64,000 bases of DNA. Origin: Bacillota bacterium (GTDB lineage Bacteria > Bacillota > Sulfobacillia > Sulfobacillales > JAIMBI01). The position numbers were made by a program, and so were the translations under genes. The stretch covers positions 3,118 to 67,117 of the forward strand of contig JAJZYZ010000007.1 of the NCBI GenBank assembly GCA_021797815.1. The letters run 5' to 3'. Each line of letters begins with the position of its first letter. The stretch's first letter is position 1. This document shows positions 63,211 to 64,000 of the stretch, one piece after another. The notes under the pieces were generated by a model. The model saw nothing but the letters and a program-made list of their open reading frames with translations, made no database searches and was not told the origin of the DNA.

Positions 63211-64000
63211 TTACCACCGGAAAACCCCTGGAGACCGAAGCCCGTTTGAACCGGAACCCTCAAACCCCTTGCGAACCATGAGGCCTGGGCTCGATGATCG
63301 TGCTCCTCAGATGAACGCCGGGTCGCAATCAATTTCTCGCCATCGGGGAAGGAGCCGATTAGTGCTACTGTATTGGACGATAGGAAGCTCCGTCAAACAT
63401 TCGTACCCTAGGGTAACGACCGTAAAGGACACCCATGACCCTGCAACCTCGCCGGGATCCTGACGGGCCACTTCCCACAAGCTGTGTAATTTCGACGCCA
63501 TTGTCCGTATCCCTCCTTCGACGGATCGAGCCGTTTGGAGACGCTCGCCTGCAGGGCGTCAACCGCCTGTGGGACAGGCGAACCGGCGTGGGGCCCAGCC
63601 CACCTGACAACCCCCCTGTCCGCTTATCAAAAGGGAAGTCGGCACCGCCCGACCGAAGAGTGTGGCCGCTTCAGCCATGAGCCGGCTCCACCGGGGCGTC
63701 ATCGTGAGACGCTGGGACGAGAAGGCAGGGTCCTTGCCGGCGCAGGATCCATGATGGAGTTCCGCCTAGATTCGAGGGACGTTCTACGGAACGGTTTTGA
63801 GGCAGTGAGCGGGCAATCCGTGAAGAGATGACCCGGCGCCGGTCGAGAGCCGCGGTTTCGCGGGCGGCAGGCGTTCAAGGCCGGCGACGGGGGCCGACTC
63901 CAAGGCCTCCGGGCTTCCTCGGTAAGCACTTTTACGATCGCGACACTGACAGACTCCCGCCCGGCTGGTCTATCACCGAAAGCTCTGAGGGATCAACGCG

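Noticed and set aside
63623-63660. CTTATCAAAAGGGAAG, resembling the start of SAM-I or cobalamin riboswitches
   Set aside because: The downstream conserved cores (GAGGGA..GGCCC..GAAGCC for SAM-I; the B12 box for cobalamin) are absent.
1-64000. CRISPR arrays, rRNA and tRNA genes
   Set aside because: I saw no regularly spaced direct repeats, no rRNA-like conserved blocks and no cloverleaf-compatible GTTCGAATC-type T-arms while reading the intergenic regions. A tRNAscan/Infernal run would be needed to be certain.

Overview
This is a 64-kb GC-rich bacterial chromosomal window. It looks Gram-positive/Firmicutes-like: most genes have strong GGAGG-type ribosome-binding sites, there is a LiaFSR-type envelope-stress module, and there is a Cheo-type GAAC-N4-GTTC box. 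Coding density is high, and many genes are translationally coupled through ATGA, GTGA or TTGA overlaps.

Recognisable core content:
- FtsX/MacB permease (5' end outside the window), msrB, an SPFH/NfeD pair, two peroxiredoxins (Prx6-type and Bcp), YceI and a DtxR-family regulator.
- liaI-like, liaF, liaS and liaR.
- nth, a Mug-type glycosylase, a patatin-like lipase and hutU.
- A polyamine operon (pyruvoyl arginine decarboxylase, speE, speB) fused to argS.
- A molybdate/tungstate-type ABC importer with its own HTH-plus-PBP regulator.
- asnB and PhzF.
- A 2-oxoacid dehydrogenase operon (lpd, two E1alpha copies, E1beta, E2).
- rlmH, a heterodimeric ABC exporter pair, a TlpA-like redoxin, an M61 peptidase and an OppA-type binding protein.

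I recognised no rRNA, tRNA or CRISPR array.

Most interesting:
1. A 189-aa PLMP+HNH mini-protein (IshB-like, related to the IscB/OMEGA families) is the only convincing gene in a ~2.1-kb ORF-poor segment (28140-30228). The ~900 bp upstream could encode a partner RNA.
2. An A/T-richer accessory patch (13386-19350) contains a multiply disrupted IS3-family element, a 5'-truncated gene remnant, and a small Tyr/Ser/Thr-rich secreted protein. The signal peptide of that protein is interrupted by an in-frame TGA. The patch also holds an ABC-2-type ATPase with three unrelated polytopic membrane proteins, which suggests a bacteriocin/immunity-like module.
3. Several unexplained ORF-free GC-rich stretches (24560-25269, 19347-19942, 63260-64000).
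4. A sigmaA-type promoter overlapped by an SOS-box-like palindrome in front of a 78-aa ORF.
5. Tandem E1alpha paralogs.
6. A structured, terminator-bearing leader upstream of the molybdate/tungstate transporter.

All calls come from reading the translations and sequence by eye. No database search was run.
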